64,000 nt of DNA from positions 1 through 64,000 of IMG/VR virus record IMGVR_UViG_3300020474_000007. The stretch is one strand, 5' to 3'. The translations under genes and the position numbers were made by a program. Below are positions 8,313 to 16,956 of this stretch, piece by piece. Below the pieces are notes generated by a model that was not told the origin of the DNA, did no database searches, and saw nothing but the letters and a program-made list of their open reading frames with translations. Source of the stretch: a virus. Position 1 is the first letter of the stretch. The number at the start of each line of letters is the position of its first letter.

Positions 8313-10646
8313 ATGCAAGACTACATACTTACAGTCAGAGATTATGAAGCAAAAAATAGAACATTGAGTTCTATTGAAAATTTTGCTGTAACTGATATTC
8401 TCAATATTGAGTCTACTCTTTCCTTTAGGTTTAAATGCAATGTAGAAACTCATAAATTAATACAAGATCAAATGAAAGAAGATATTGTTTGGTTAGAAAA
8501 ATTTAATAGACCTACATTATGTCTTTCTGCTTTTAAACAAGATGCAGGAGCTTTACAGTCACAGGTGGCACAAATTGAAAATTTACCTGATGGATCGAAT
8601 GTGGATATTGTTATTCTGGATGCTGGAGACGTTTTAAAAGATTTTGAAATATTTTCTGACAGAACACGCCCATGCGATCATTGCAGTGATGCATATGAAT
8701 CTAGAGTGAAATATACAGATTGGAATATACGTACAGATGTTCCAGACATATTTACATCATCTTATGGGCATCAAGTCTATTTTGATTTAGATTCATCGCA
8801 TGATCACCCTACTATGGTGGCTTGCATTGCGGCGGGTAACGACATGGGCTGGTCTAAAAAGTCGAGTATATATAGTTTAGATATAAACCAAACTTTGTAC
8901 AATGGATTGTATCTTGCCCCACAAATGATAAGGAATTGGCATCTAAGTAAGCCAGTAAATTCCTCTACTGGTTATCGCAATCCAACGGTAGTGATTATGT
9001 CCTTTTCTCTTGGACAAGCTAAGCCTGTCTTTGTTGGCACTGGTATGAATGCTAGTGGAATAGCTGCGTACGGTTTGCTTAATAAAGTTGGTGTCTCTGG
9101 AGTTTCTTATCGAGGAGTAGTATATCCTTTAGATAGTAGTGTTTCTGATATTCCTACTTACCTTCATTCTAAAAAAATAAATTTTACTTTATCGACAGAC
9201 AGAAATGGTACAAGTCCATTAAATAGAATTAATACGCAGGATACTTTTGGCGATATCACGCAGGCTCAAAAAACTCTTTTCAGAACTATGGCTGATACTG
9301 CTAATATCTTTTGTGTTTCATCAGCCGGTAATAATAGAGCTACAGTAGTAAATTCTGGTCATGCTGATTTTAGCAACAAGATTATTAGTTGGGACGGCAC
9401 TGAAGCATACTACAACCGCGCTAGAACCCCACAAGATATATCTAAAGTTTTTTCAATTGGGTCTATTGGCTCTGACAAAGAAAGAACCGTTGCTGAACAC
9501 TCAAATATCGGTCCAAATGTAGATCTGTACGCTCCCGGTGAAGACATAATTGTGTTTAAGGGAAAAAATCAATCTGGGGATGACTATACATCTAGCGACA
9601 CAATGGGGAAATCATTCGGAACTAGCTTTGCAACGCCACAGGTGGGCGGCATGATCGCTTGCTATCTTTCTAATAACAATCATAATGCTTCTTACGCTGC
9701 GGTTAGTGGTTGGTTGATGAGTCATGCTCAGCCTATGTTAAAACCATCTTATGATACCATCCCAGCAGAAAAACAAAACGATTCTATAAAGACTGATAGT
9801 TCGTCTTTTAACAGAGCTGCACATTACCCCGGATTAAAAGTAAGCTTGCCATCAAAAAATCCAGTTCTTCACAATCCTAGCCACTCCGATGTAATAGTTA
9901 ATCGCGGTGAGACTCAAGAGATAATTGCTGTTCCTGCTACTTACAGTTTCACCTCGCCGGATCAATCTTACATGATTGATGCTACTCAATCAGCATTAGT
10001 TGTGGCTTCTAGTGGAAGATTCTTCATGGGTTCAGCTAACTCAGATGTTGTAAGAAACGGTATGTTTACATCATATCCAAGTGGTCTTGGTTTAGGAAAA
10101 AGACATTACCTAATTTTTGATAAAGATAACAATCCCGATGTAGTTTATCAAGTAATGCAAGCTAGCCTAGAGGTAGATACTAAATTTTTAGGAGCTGGAT
10201 CTCCACACCCTTCTTCTGTCATGGGGATGTATTTTAAATATACAGACGATAACAATTTCTTAGCTTCACAAGTAACCACAAGCGGTATATTCTACAAGAC
10301 TAGGCTGTACGCATGTTCTGGTGGAGTCGAGTCAACATTGCATTCGACTCCGTATAGAAGCTATGCCCCTGCTACTCATAGAGGGGCTTTTGTTCAATCT
10401 ATGTATCACATAAATACAGGTACTAGTGAATATTATAGACACATTATTAACCGTTCTAATAAACTTGGTCAAACAAACAGTGTTTCGCCTCTCGTTGATT
10501 CTGCTTGGATCACTGTCTCTGCCGCAAACTCTCCACCCAATGGTAAGCCCGGACTATTTGTAGAGAGTCATGATCAAAATCAGCCTAATCCTTTAATTAG
10601 TTCATTTTCAAACGTGTTGTTGAATGATGACACTCAAAAACTATAA
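8313..10646 (+). CDS. Subtilisin-like (S8) serine peptidase, probably virion-associated
   Basis: Catalytic motifs in order: IVILDAG (Asp), HPTMVACIAAG (His), SAGN (oxyanion Asn), GTSFATPQV (Ser). Start moved to ATG 8313, which has an AGGAG SD, from the track's 8187. Confidence 0.85.
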   Translation: MQDYILTVRDYEAKNRTLSSIENFAVTDILNIESTLSFRFKCNVETHKLIQDQMKEDIVWLEKFNRPTLCLSAFKQDAGALQSQVAQIENLPDGSNVDIVILDAGDVLKDFEIFSDRTRPCDHCSDAYESRVKYTDWNIRTDVPDIFTSSYGHQVYFDLDSSHDHPTMVACIAAGNDMGWSKKSSIYSLDINQTLYNGLYLAPQMIRNWHLSKPVNSSTGYRNPTVVIMSFSLGQAKPVFVGTGMNASGIAAYGLLNKVGVSGVSYRGVVYPLDSSVSDIPTYLHSKKINFTLSTDRNGTSPLNRINTQDTFGDITQAQKTLFRTMADTANIFCVSSAGNNRATVVNSGHADFSNKIISWDGTEAYYNRARTPQDISKVFSIGSIGSDKERTVAEHSNIGPNVDLYAPGEDIIVFKGKNQSGDDYTSSDTMGKSFGTSFATPQVGGMIACYLSNNNHNASYAAVSGWLMSHAQPMLKPSYDTIPAEKQNDSIKTDSSSFNRAAHYPGLKVSLPSKNPVLHNPSHSDVIVNRGETQEIIAVPATYSFTSPDQSYMIDATQSALVVASSGRFFMGSANSDVVRNGMFTSYPSGLGLGKRHYLIFDKDNNPDVVYQVMQASLEVDTKFLGAGSPHPSSVMGMYFKYTDDNNFLASQVTTSGIFYKTRLYACSGGVESTLHSTPYRSYAPATHRGAFVQSMYHINTGTSEYYRHIINRSNKLGQTNSVSPLVDSAWITVSAANSPPNGKPGLFVESHDQNQPNPLISSFSNVLLNDDTQKL

Positions 10647-10663
10647 TGTAGCAGGAGCATTTA

Positions 10664-10969
10664 ATGACTATAAAAATTAAATCTGAAGAACGCCACGTTA
10701 GTGATAATACCACTTTACAAAAAGGTGATATAGCGTATTCTTCTACTTTTCCACATAGCGTAAAGGTGGCATCTGAAAATAATCAAAGTTGGGCAACTAT
10801 AGAGCCTATTAGACCAGTAACTCAGTTTACTCCCAACAGTGATAATCAGGGTGGATTAGTTGGAACAATGTGTTTTGACAATAACTTCCTGTATATTAAA
10901 ACTGCATCTGGATGGAAAAGATTAGCTCTATCAGATATGCCATTCACATCCCCTGCGGTCCCAACATAA
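10664..10969 (+). CDS. Small fibre-hinge-like structural protein
   Basis: G.MCFD.NFLYIKT.SGWKR.AL motif of trimeric fibre proteins; a similar motif occurs within 5024..8299. Confidence 0.5.
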   Translation: MTIKIKSEERHVSDNTTLQKGDIAYSSTFPHSVKVASENNQSWATIEPIRPVTQFTPNSDNQGGLVGTMCFDNNFLYIKTASGWKRLALSDMPFTSPAVPT

Positions 10970-11454
10970 TGCCTATAAATGTACCACAATCTGTCTTTGA
11001 CAAATATTATGATGTAATAGATTCCACTTTTAATATATTTGGAGTCACCTGTCAACTTGTGTCTATAGAAAAGCGCGAAGTAATAGTGCATAATCCTGAC
11101 AACAATCTTCCAGACATCAATTCAATCAATGATCACAGGAGAGGCGGGGGTGATCGTAATCGTGGAACTAAAACCATTAAAGAAGTAGAAGTATTAACTG
11201 ACATAAAATTAAAAGTTTATTGGGATTCTAAACAGTGGGTTGGAGCTACTGACACAATTAAAACAGCTGATGGGGCCATACAAACAATTGGGCTTATGAC
11301 AGACTTGGCTACTGTATTAAATTCTAAACAATTAATAGTACACAAAGGCATAAAAGATAAAAAAGAGATGAGGTTTGAGAGAAGTGGAGAACATATTCCA
11401 GTAGGGTTAAAGCAAGATAGATATTTTGCATGTTTCTGGAAAAGAGTACAATGA
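10969..11454 (+). CDS. Putative head closure/head-tail joining protein
   Basis: Position before the neck, terminator and tube genes; beta-rich, about 160 aa. Start moved to the TAATG-coupled ATG at 10969. Confidence 0.45.
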   Translation: MPINVPQSVFDKYYDVIDSTFNIFGVTCQLVSIEKREVIVHNPDNNLPDINSINDHRRGGGDRNRGTKTIKEVEVLTDIKLKVYWDSKQWVGATDTIKTADGAIQTIGLMTDLATVLNSKQLIVHKGIKDKKEMRFERSGEHIPVGLKQDRYFACFWKRVQ

Positions 11455-12086
11455 TAAGCATAGAGTTAAAGGAAAGCATTGGCGTAATAGGGAATAAAAT
11501 AAAACAAGCTTTTGCAGAGGAGATTAATACCTTAGTTAAAAAGCGAGAAAAAAATATATTAAGTCAATGCAAAGATTTGGTATCTGCTTGGATAATATCT
11601 CAACCAGAAGTACAATCTTTAAATGATCATTCTGTAGGGTCTTTAGCTGGACAGTTTGGTTTACACCCCGGTCAAGATTTAATAGCAACAAAAGAAATTG
11701 TTGACGCTGTAGAAAGTTCTGTGCAAGTTAAGTTCATTCCTTTCGACAAGAAATTAAATGGAGGATTTTTCGTATATTTTCAACCTAGTAATTTTCAAAA
11801 TTTATTATCACTCGGCTCAGGACATGTGGTAGATAGCTCGTCTGACTTACACTGGCTCGATTGGCTTTTAACTCAAGGGGATACTATTATTGTGGTTGGA
11901 TATTCATACAACCCTGAATCTGGGATAGGTAGATCTGGTTTAGGAAGTATGACTGATGGTGGATCTTTTAGAATACCTCCCCAGTTTTCTGGAAATGTAG
12001 ACAATAACTTTATTACTAGAGCCTTGATTGGCAGTATGCAAGAAGGTCAAATAGCAGATATTTTCAAGAAGGAATTAGGTATCTAA
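11451..12086 (+). CDS. Putative neck/tail completion protein (HK97 gp10-like position)
   Basis: Synteny; C-terminal 'G..DNNFITRAL' resembles gp10-like termini; ATGA-coupled start at 11451. Confidence 0.4.
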   Translation: MISIELKESIGVIGNKIKQAFAEEINTLVKKREKNILSQCKDLVSAWIISQPEVQSLNDHSVGSLAGQFGLHPGQDLIATKEIVDAVESSVQVKFIPFDKKLNGGFFVYFQPSNFQNLLSLGSGHVVDSSSDLHWLDWLLTQGDTIIVVGYSYNPESGIGRSGLGSMTDGGSFRIPPQFSGNVDNNFITRALIGSMQEGQIADIFKKELGI

Positions 12087-12087
12087 A

Positions 12088-13053
12088 ATGGCTGATAGTT
12101 TTAATCTCAAAGGCTTTGATAGTGTCTTCAGCTCATCTCTAAATAATGAGCTACAGGACAATTTGATCGAATTCTTCGATTGGGGTTTGCTTAAAAAAGG
12201 TAACTATTTTAATGTAGATCTTAATGAACAGTCTATGGACGGAGAAGACTACAGTAAATTAACCATGTCTACCAATCCTAACTTTTCTGCTGGTAAAGCT
12301 TGGCAGGGGTTTAGAAAGAATTGGATATGGCAAAGCGGCATAACAAGCTCTGCTGGAGATCCTGCTCCTCTGGTTGGAACCGACCCCCTTGTTCCGGGGA
12401 TATCTGGAGTGTATGTGGACAGCACTTTTTATCCCTCAGATACCACTGGAGCCTATGCCCACAAAGTAGATTATTTTAACGGTAGAGTAGTGTTTGACAA
12501 CCCTATACCTACAGGAAGTCTAGTACAGGCAGAATTTAGTTATAAATATATAAATGTAGTATATGCTAATAATTTACCATTTATAAGAGAATTACAGTAC
12601 AGGTCTCTAGAAGACGCTCAGCCCAATGAGGATCTCGTACCAGCGGAGATGAGGGTACAACTACCAGCTATAGCCATAGAAATCGTCCCCCGCAGAACGT
12701 TCAAAGGATATGCTATCGGGGGTGGTCAATATGTGTATACAGATGTGTTGTTCCACTGTTTAGCAGAGAATGAGTTCACAAGGAACCAGCTGGTAGACAT
12801 AGTATCTTTTCAGAACGACAAGACAATATTCCTGTTTAATAGCAATAGTGTAGCCAAAAGTGGTGATTTTCCCCTAGATGGCTATGGATATCCAGTTCCT
12901 AGCGCTCTGAGATACCCTGATTTAGTGACAAAACATGCGGGGAACGTGGTGTTCCTCCAAAACAATATAGTAACTGGCATGAACACTATCAATAGCAATT
13001 TTTACGCTGCGACAGTGAGAACCACTGCGGAACTCATTAAAGCAACTATATGA
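12088..13053 (+). CDS. Putative tail terminator protein
   Basis: Directly precedes the tail tube gene; 'LPAIAIE...D.LFH.LAE.E..RNQL.DI' terminator-like C-terminal half. Confidence 0.5.
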   Translation: MADSFNLKGFDSVFSSSLNNELQDNLIEFFDWGLLKKGNYFNVDLNEQSMDGEDYSKLTMSTNPNFSAGKAWQGFRKNWIWQSGITSSAGDPAPLVGTDPLVPGISGVYVDSTFYPSDTTGAYAHKVDYFNGRVVFDNPIPTGSLVQAEFSYKYINVVYANNLPFIRELQYRSLEDAQPNEDLVPAEMRVQLPAIAIEIVPRRTFKGYAIGGGQYVYTDVLFHCLAENEFTRNQLVDIVSFQNDKTIFLFNSNSVAKSGDFPLDGYGYPVPSALRYPDLVTKHAGNVVFLQNNIVTGMNTINSNFYAATVRTTAELIKATI

Positions 13054-13061
13054 TAGTTTTT

Positions 13062-13077
13062 GTGTATAAATAAATAG
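13062..13077 (+). promoter_or_regulatory. GTGTATA-N6-TAG motif, candidate late promoter (copy 2)
   Basis: GTGTATAAATAAATAG, intergenic, 30 nt before the tail tube ATG. Confidence 0.65.
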
Positions 13078-13106
13078 ATTTTCTTACCACTGAAGGAGAG
13101 TTTATA

Positions 13107-14231
13107 ATGCCCAATCAAAGAATTTTCTACGCCTGCCAAGCAGTTGCGATTGAAGCCCCGCAAGCAGGCGGGACTGTAGAAGTCGCTCATGGTGTGCAGA
13201 GCGTTGGAGTTACCACTAATTTTAGCCTTGAACAAGCTTTTGAATTAGGTCAGATTCAAATTTATGAAAATATTGAAGGTGTGCCTGATATTGAGGTGAC
13301 TTTAGAAAAAGTTCTCGATGGCTATCCACTGCTATTTTTCTTAGCCACAAGAGGCGCTGGCCTTTCTGCTACCCTTGTAGAACGATCAAAACTGCGATGT
13401 AATGTTGGTTTGGGCATTTTCGATGACGGTGTAGACGTTGTTGGTACTGATGGAGCTGGTGGCACTCAAAATGCAAACGCAGAAGTTATTGCTTCTGGTA
13501 TGTATATGAGTAGTGTTGCTTATAATATTAATACTGATGGCAATCACACTGAAAGTATCTCCTTGGTGGGAAATCAAAAAACTTGGAATTCCTCGCCTGT
13601 TCTTGTAACTCAAGCTAGAGTTCAAGCTGCCTTCCACGAAGGAGGCGGTCCTTCCAACGTTGGTGGTGATATACCTCATAATAATAAAGCTGGACAACTT
13701 CACGGTGGTATTCAACGTAGAGAAAATGTAAACTGGGCAGCTTCAATTCTTCCTGCTAGTATTATCAGGGCTATTGATCCCCTTCATAAAGCCGTCACGG
13801 ACGTTGCTTATAATCCTGTTGTTAATAATAACACTGACACCGATGGGAAACCTATCGCTCATGTTCAGAGCATCTCCATCAGTACTGATTTTAGTAGAGA
13901 AGATATCAATGAACTTGGTCGTAAAGCCCCTTACTATCGTTCACCTAACTTCCCGATTGAGGTTACTTGTGATATTGAGGTTCTTTCTACAGATGGCGAT
14001 TGGGTACAAGCTTTTGAAGAAGGTTATCTAACTGGCGTAAATGCTGGTAATAATACTCCAGAAGAAACAATTACAATTACTTTAGACGATGGAACCAAGT
14101 TTGAACTTGGAGCTAAGAACAGACTTTCTTCAGTTTCTTACGGCGGCGGCGATGCTGGTGGTGGAAATGCTACTATGACATTTAGTTATTCGACGTTTAA
14201 TGACTTGACGGTAACTTCGCCTACTCAATAG
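13107..14231 (+). CDS. Major tail tube protein with internal duplication
   Basis: Two similar segments, HGVQSVGVTTNFSLEQAFELG and AHVQSISISTDFSREDINELG; strong AAGGAG SD; lies between the terminator and the tape measure. Confidence 0.7.
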   Translation: MPNQRIFYACQAVAIEAPQAGGTVEVAHGVQSVGVTTNFSLEQAFELGQIQIYENIEGVPDIEVTLEKVLDGYPLLFFLATRGAGLSATLVERSKLRCNVGLGIFDDGVDVVGTDGAGGTQNANAEVIASGMYMSSVAYNINTDGNHTESISLVGNQKTWNSSPVLVTQARVQAAFHEGGGPSNVGGDIPHNNKAGQLHGGIQRRENVNWAASILPASIIRAIDPLHKAVTDVAYNPVVNNNTDTDGKPIAHVQSISISTDFSREDINELGRKAPYYRSPNFPIEVTCDIEVLSTDGDWVQAFEEGYLTGVNAGNNTPEETITITLDDGTKFELGAKNRLSSVSYGGGDAGGGNATMTFSYSTFNDLTVTSPTQ

Positions 14232-14268
14232 TTATAAAAACTTTAACAAATTTTACAGGAGAATTAAT

Positions 14269-14607
14269 ATGGCATGGGCAGGCAACAGCGGAATCGCTGA
14301 CAATTTGTTTACCGGAGCAACGATTAGCAACGGTGCAGTTACTATCCCCAGTGGCACAATTACTAGTTATATTCCTACAGACCTTGATGTAGCTAACGAC
14401 GCTGATGGTGGCGCATCTGAGTTTGTTTTTGGAATGTGCGAAACGCTAAGTACTAAGGTTGCAGCTGCTAGTCTAACTGATGTAACTGCTTCTACTACAT
14501 CGACGCTAGCTGGTAGCACACTTACTAAGACTTATTCATTTACTGTCAAACTAAACTTCAACGAGTCAGCTAATATTGGCAACTTGAACGTTCAAAGTAA
14601 TACGTAA
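14269..14607 (+). CDS. Small structural protein (hypothetical)
   Basis: A/T/S/G-rich, 112 aa, AGGAG SD, directly after the tube gene. Confidence 0.6.
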   Translation: MAWAGNSGIADNLFTGATISNGAVTIPSGTITSYIPTDLDVANDADGGASEFVFGMCETLSTKVAAASLTDVTASTTSTLAGSTLTKTYSFTVKLNFNESANIGNLNVQSNT

Positions 14608-14649
14608 GCAAATAAGTTTTTTGGATTCAAAAGGACTAAAACAATGATT

Positions 14650-14700
14650 AACTCCCGCTAATGAGGTTTTGTAGTGAAACAGCATGAACGGGAGTTTTTT
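14650..14700 (+). promoter_or_regulatory. Hairpin enclosing the SD and GTG start of 14674, followed by a T-run
   Basis: AACTCCCG (14650-14657) pairs with CGGGAGTT (14689-14696); inner ATG/CAT and GTTT/AAAC pairs; T-run 14695-14700. Confidence 0.45.
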
Positions 14701-15699
14701 ATTTCTAGTGTCAGATATGGTGTGGTAAGCGTAGAAGATCTAGAAATAATCCCATTGACGATAGATCAGTCATTTAAAGCTTCGCAAGTTTATGAGAAGG
14801 CTTACCATCAGGCTTTCTTGGATGAAGTTATGACTGAGGAAGAAATGTTGGACTTTATGATGGAAAAAGAAATATGGTCTTACGAAGATGATATAGCAAT
14901 CAAAGGTCTTGAAAAGGATATTTCTAAATTAAAAGAACAAATATATTTACAAAGACATGATTCTAAAAAAGTGAGACATGCTAGGGCTTTTTTGAGAGCG
15001 GGAGAAAAACAAATAGATAATAAGCTAGCTATTAAACATACTCACTTTGTTCACACGGCAGAGGGTGTAGCGTCTGCTGAAAAAATGGCTTGGACTATTA
15101 CCAATACTACATACAAGGATGGTAAACTTTATGATTTTGATGAATTCTCTATAGATTATATATTGTCTGAATGGCAAAAGACTTTGATTCCAGAATACAA
15201 CATCAGAGATCTTGCTAGAAATGAACCTTGGAAATCATTGTGGGTTGTTAGAGAAAAAGCGGGATGTGATTTGTTTTATAAAAGAGATGGTCAAGAGCTT
15301 ACAATCAATCAAAAAAATTTAATAATGTGGTCACAGATGTATGATAACATACAAGAGTCTGTAGATTGCCCATCAGATGATGTTATTGAAGATGACGATA
15401 TGTTAGACGGTTGGTTCATAGTGCAGAGGAAAAAGAGAGAAAAAGAAAAATTAGAACAAGAAGTGGATCAAATGAATCCCAAAATTGCAAATTCTGACGA
15501 AGTATTTTTAGTAAACAATAAAGAGCCGGATGCAAGAGTCGCCACTTTGAATGATCGAAGAGCAAATGCGCGTAAAAGAGCCAGAATGAACGTATTAAAA
15601 GAAAAGGGGGAAGTACAGACAGGAGCTTTTCCAGATGAAATCATGGACATGAAGAACAGACAGAGTGAATCTTTTAAGGATAAATTTACAAGGAGTTAA
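14674..15699 (+). CDS. Putative tail assembly chaperone (long paralog)
   Basis: Charged helical protein between tube and tape measure; N-terminal half is similar to 16078..16935; GTG start. Confidence 0.5.
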   Translation: MKQHEREFFISSVRYGVVSVEDLEIIPLTIDQSFKASQVYEKAYHQAFLDEVMTEEEMLDFMMEKEIWSYEDDIAIKGLEKDISKLKEQIYLQRHDSKKVRHARAFLRAGEKQIDNKLAIKHTHFVHTAEGVASAEKMAWTITNTTYKDGKLYDFDEFSIDYILSEWQKTLIPEYNIRDLARNEPWKSLWVVREKAGCDLFYKRDGQELTINQKNLIMWSQMYDNIQESVDCPSDDVIEDDDMLDGWFIVQRKKREKEKLEQEVDQMNPKIANSDEVFLVNNKEPDARVATLNDRRANARKRARMNVLKEKGEVQTGAFPDEIMDMKNRQSESFKDKFTRS

Positions 15700-15701
15700 C
15701 G

Positions 15702-16100
15702 ATGGGTGATCTATCAGAGTTTGTAAATAATCGCGGTCAATACAAAAAAGCTAGAGAAGAAAAGTATAAATTGGACTCTAGAGACCGTCTTTCTAAAATA
15801 CTAAAAAAGAAAATTCAAACCACAATGATTGGTGCTTTGAGTAGTATAGAGCAACATCTCGGATTTTTGTGGACAAATCAGAATGGAGAATTGACAGAAG
15901 ATCAAAAGAAGTTATTAGAATTATACAACATGGTTCGTTCTGAGATATTAGACAGGGGAAACAATCAAGCTAGAAACATTGATGCAGAGCTGTCTCAATA
16001 TGAAGTAGAATGGTTAAGATACACTATGATCATGCCAGTAGTAACAAAAATTGAAACTAAAACAGAGGAGGATCAAAATGATTCAGGACAAGGAAACTAA
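15702..16100 (+). CDS. Hypothetical protein
   Basis: 132-aa helical ORF with AGGAG SD. Confidence 0.6.
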   Translation: MGDLSEFVNNRGQYKKAREEKYKLDSRDRLSKILKKKIQTTMIGALSSIEQHLGFLWTNQNGELTEDQKKLLELYNMVRSEILDRGNNQARNIDAELSQYEVEWLRYTMIMPVVTKIETKTEEDQNDSGQGN

Positions 16101-16935
16101 AGTAGACGTAAAAGTTGGTGACGAAACAGTTAAGATCGTCGTAAGAAAACCCACTGCGCCATTGATGTCAAAAGCTCAGGGCATAGCTGCTAAGGCTTGG
16201 TCTGTACACGCCAGAGAAGGAGTTATGACTAAAAAAGAACTAGAAAAGTTTATGAAAGAACATGGCATTTGGGATGAGACGAAGGATGAAGAAGAAGCAA
16301 AGAAGCAAAGAGAAATTGCAGATTATGAAAAACAATTGTACGTTAGAGGTAAAAATGGTAAACTAAAGACCTCTGAGGGGCGAGATATTGCAATTAAGAT
16401 GAGAATCGCTAGAAATGAGCTTAGAGATCTTATTGCCGAACGAATTGCTTTAGAGCAAAATACAGCTGAATCACTGGCTGATAATGAAAGATTTGACTTT
16501 TTAGTGGCAAATTGCACCTTTCGTGAAAGCGGAGAAAAGGTGTATAGTTCTTTAGAAGATTATACAAATGAGGCTGACGGAGAAGTTGCTTTTGCAGCTG
16601 CCAGCGCTTTGGCGCAATTACTGTACTCTGTAGATAAAAGCTTTGAATCTAATCTTCCAGAAAATAGATTTCTACAGATGTTTGACTTTGTAGATAAAGA
16701 TTTAACTTTAGTAGACCACGATGGAAATTTAGTGGATACTAAAAACAGAAGAATAGACGAAGAAGGATATCTCCTAAATAAAGACGGTAAACGTACAGAT
16801 TTAGAGGGCAATCTCTTAGACGATAATGGTCGTTATGTTCCTTCTGTTACATATACAGATGATAAAGGTCGTAAAATTAGCACTTCTAACGGACAGAAAA
16901 GCAAAGCTAAAGTACCAGCAGAGGATAGCGTGTAG
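16078..16935 (+). CDS. Putative tail assembly chaperone (short paralog) with C-terminal D/N-x-x-G repeats
   Basis: Immediately upstream of the tape measure; ATG 16078 with GAGGAGG SD; repeats LVDHDGN/IDEEGY/LNKDGK/TDLEGN/LDDNGR. Confidence 0.55.
   Translation: MIQDKETKVDVKVGDETVKIVVRKPTAPLMSKAQGIAAKAWSVHAREGVMTKKELEKFMKEHGIWDETKDEEEAKKQREIADYEKQLYVRGKNGKLKTSEGRDIAIKMRIARNELRDLIAERIALEQNTAESLADNERFDFLVANCTFRESGEKVYSSLEDYTNEADGEVAFAAASALAQLLYSVDKSFESNLPENRFLQMFDFVDKDLTLVDHDGNLVDTKNRRIDEEGYLLNKDGKRTDLEGNLLDDNGRYVPSVTYTDDKGRKISTSNGQKSKAKVPAEDSV
16540..16555 (+). promoter_or_regulatory. GTGTATA-N6-TAG motif (copy 3, intragenic)
   Basis: GTGTATAGTTCTTTAG, about 400 nt upstream of the tape measure ATG. 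Confidence 0.4.
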
Positions 16936-16956
16936 TCTTTAAAATGGAAATAAAAG

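Noticed and set aside
10664-10969. Diversity-generating retroelement target (Mtd-like motif)
   Set aside because: No reverse transcriptase and no template/variable repeat pair were seen in the window.
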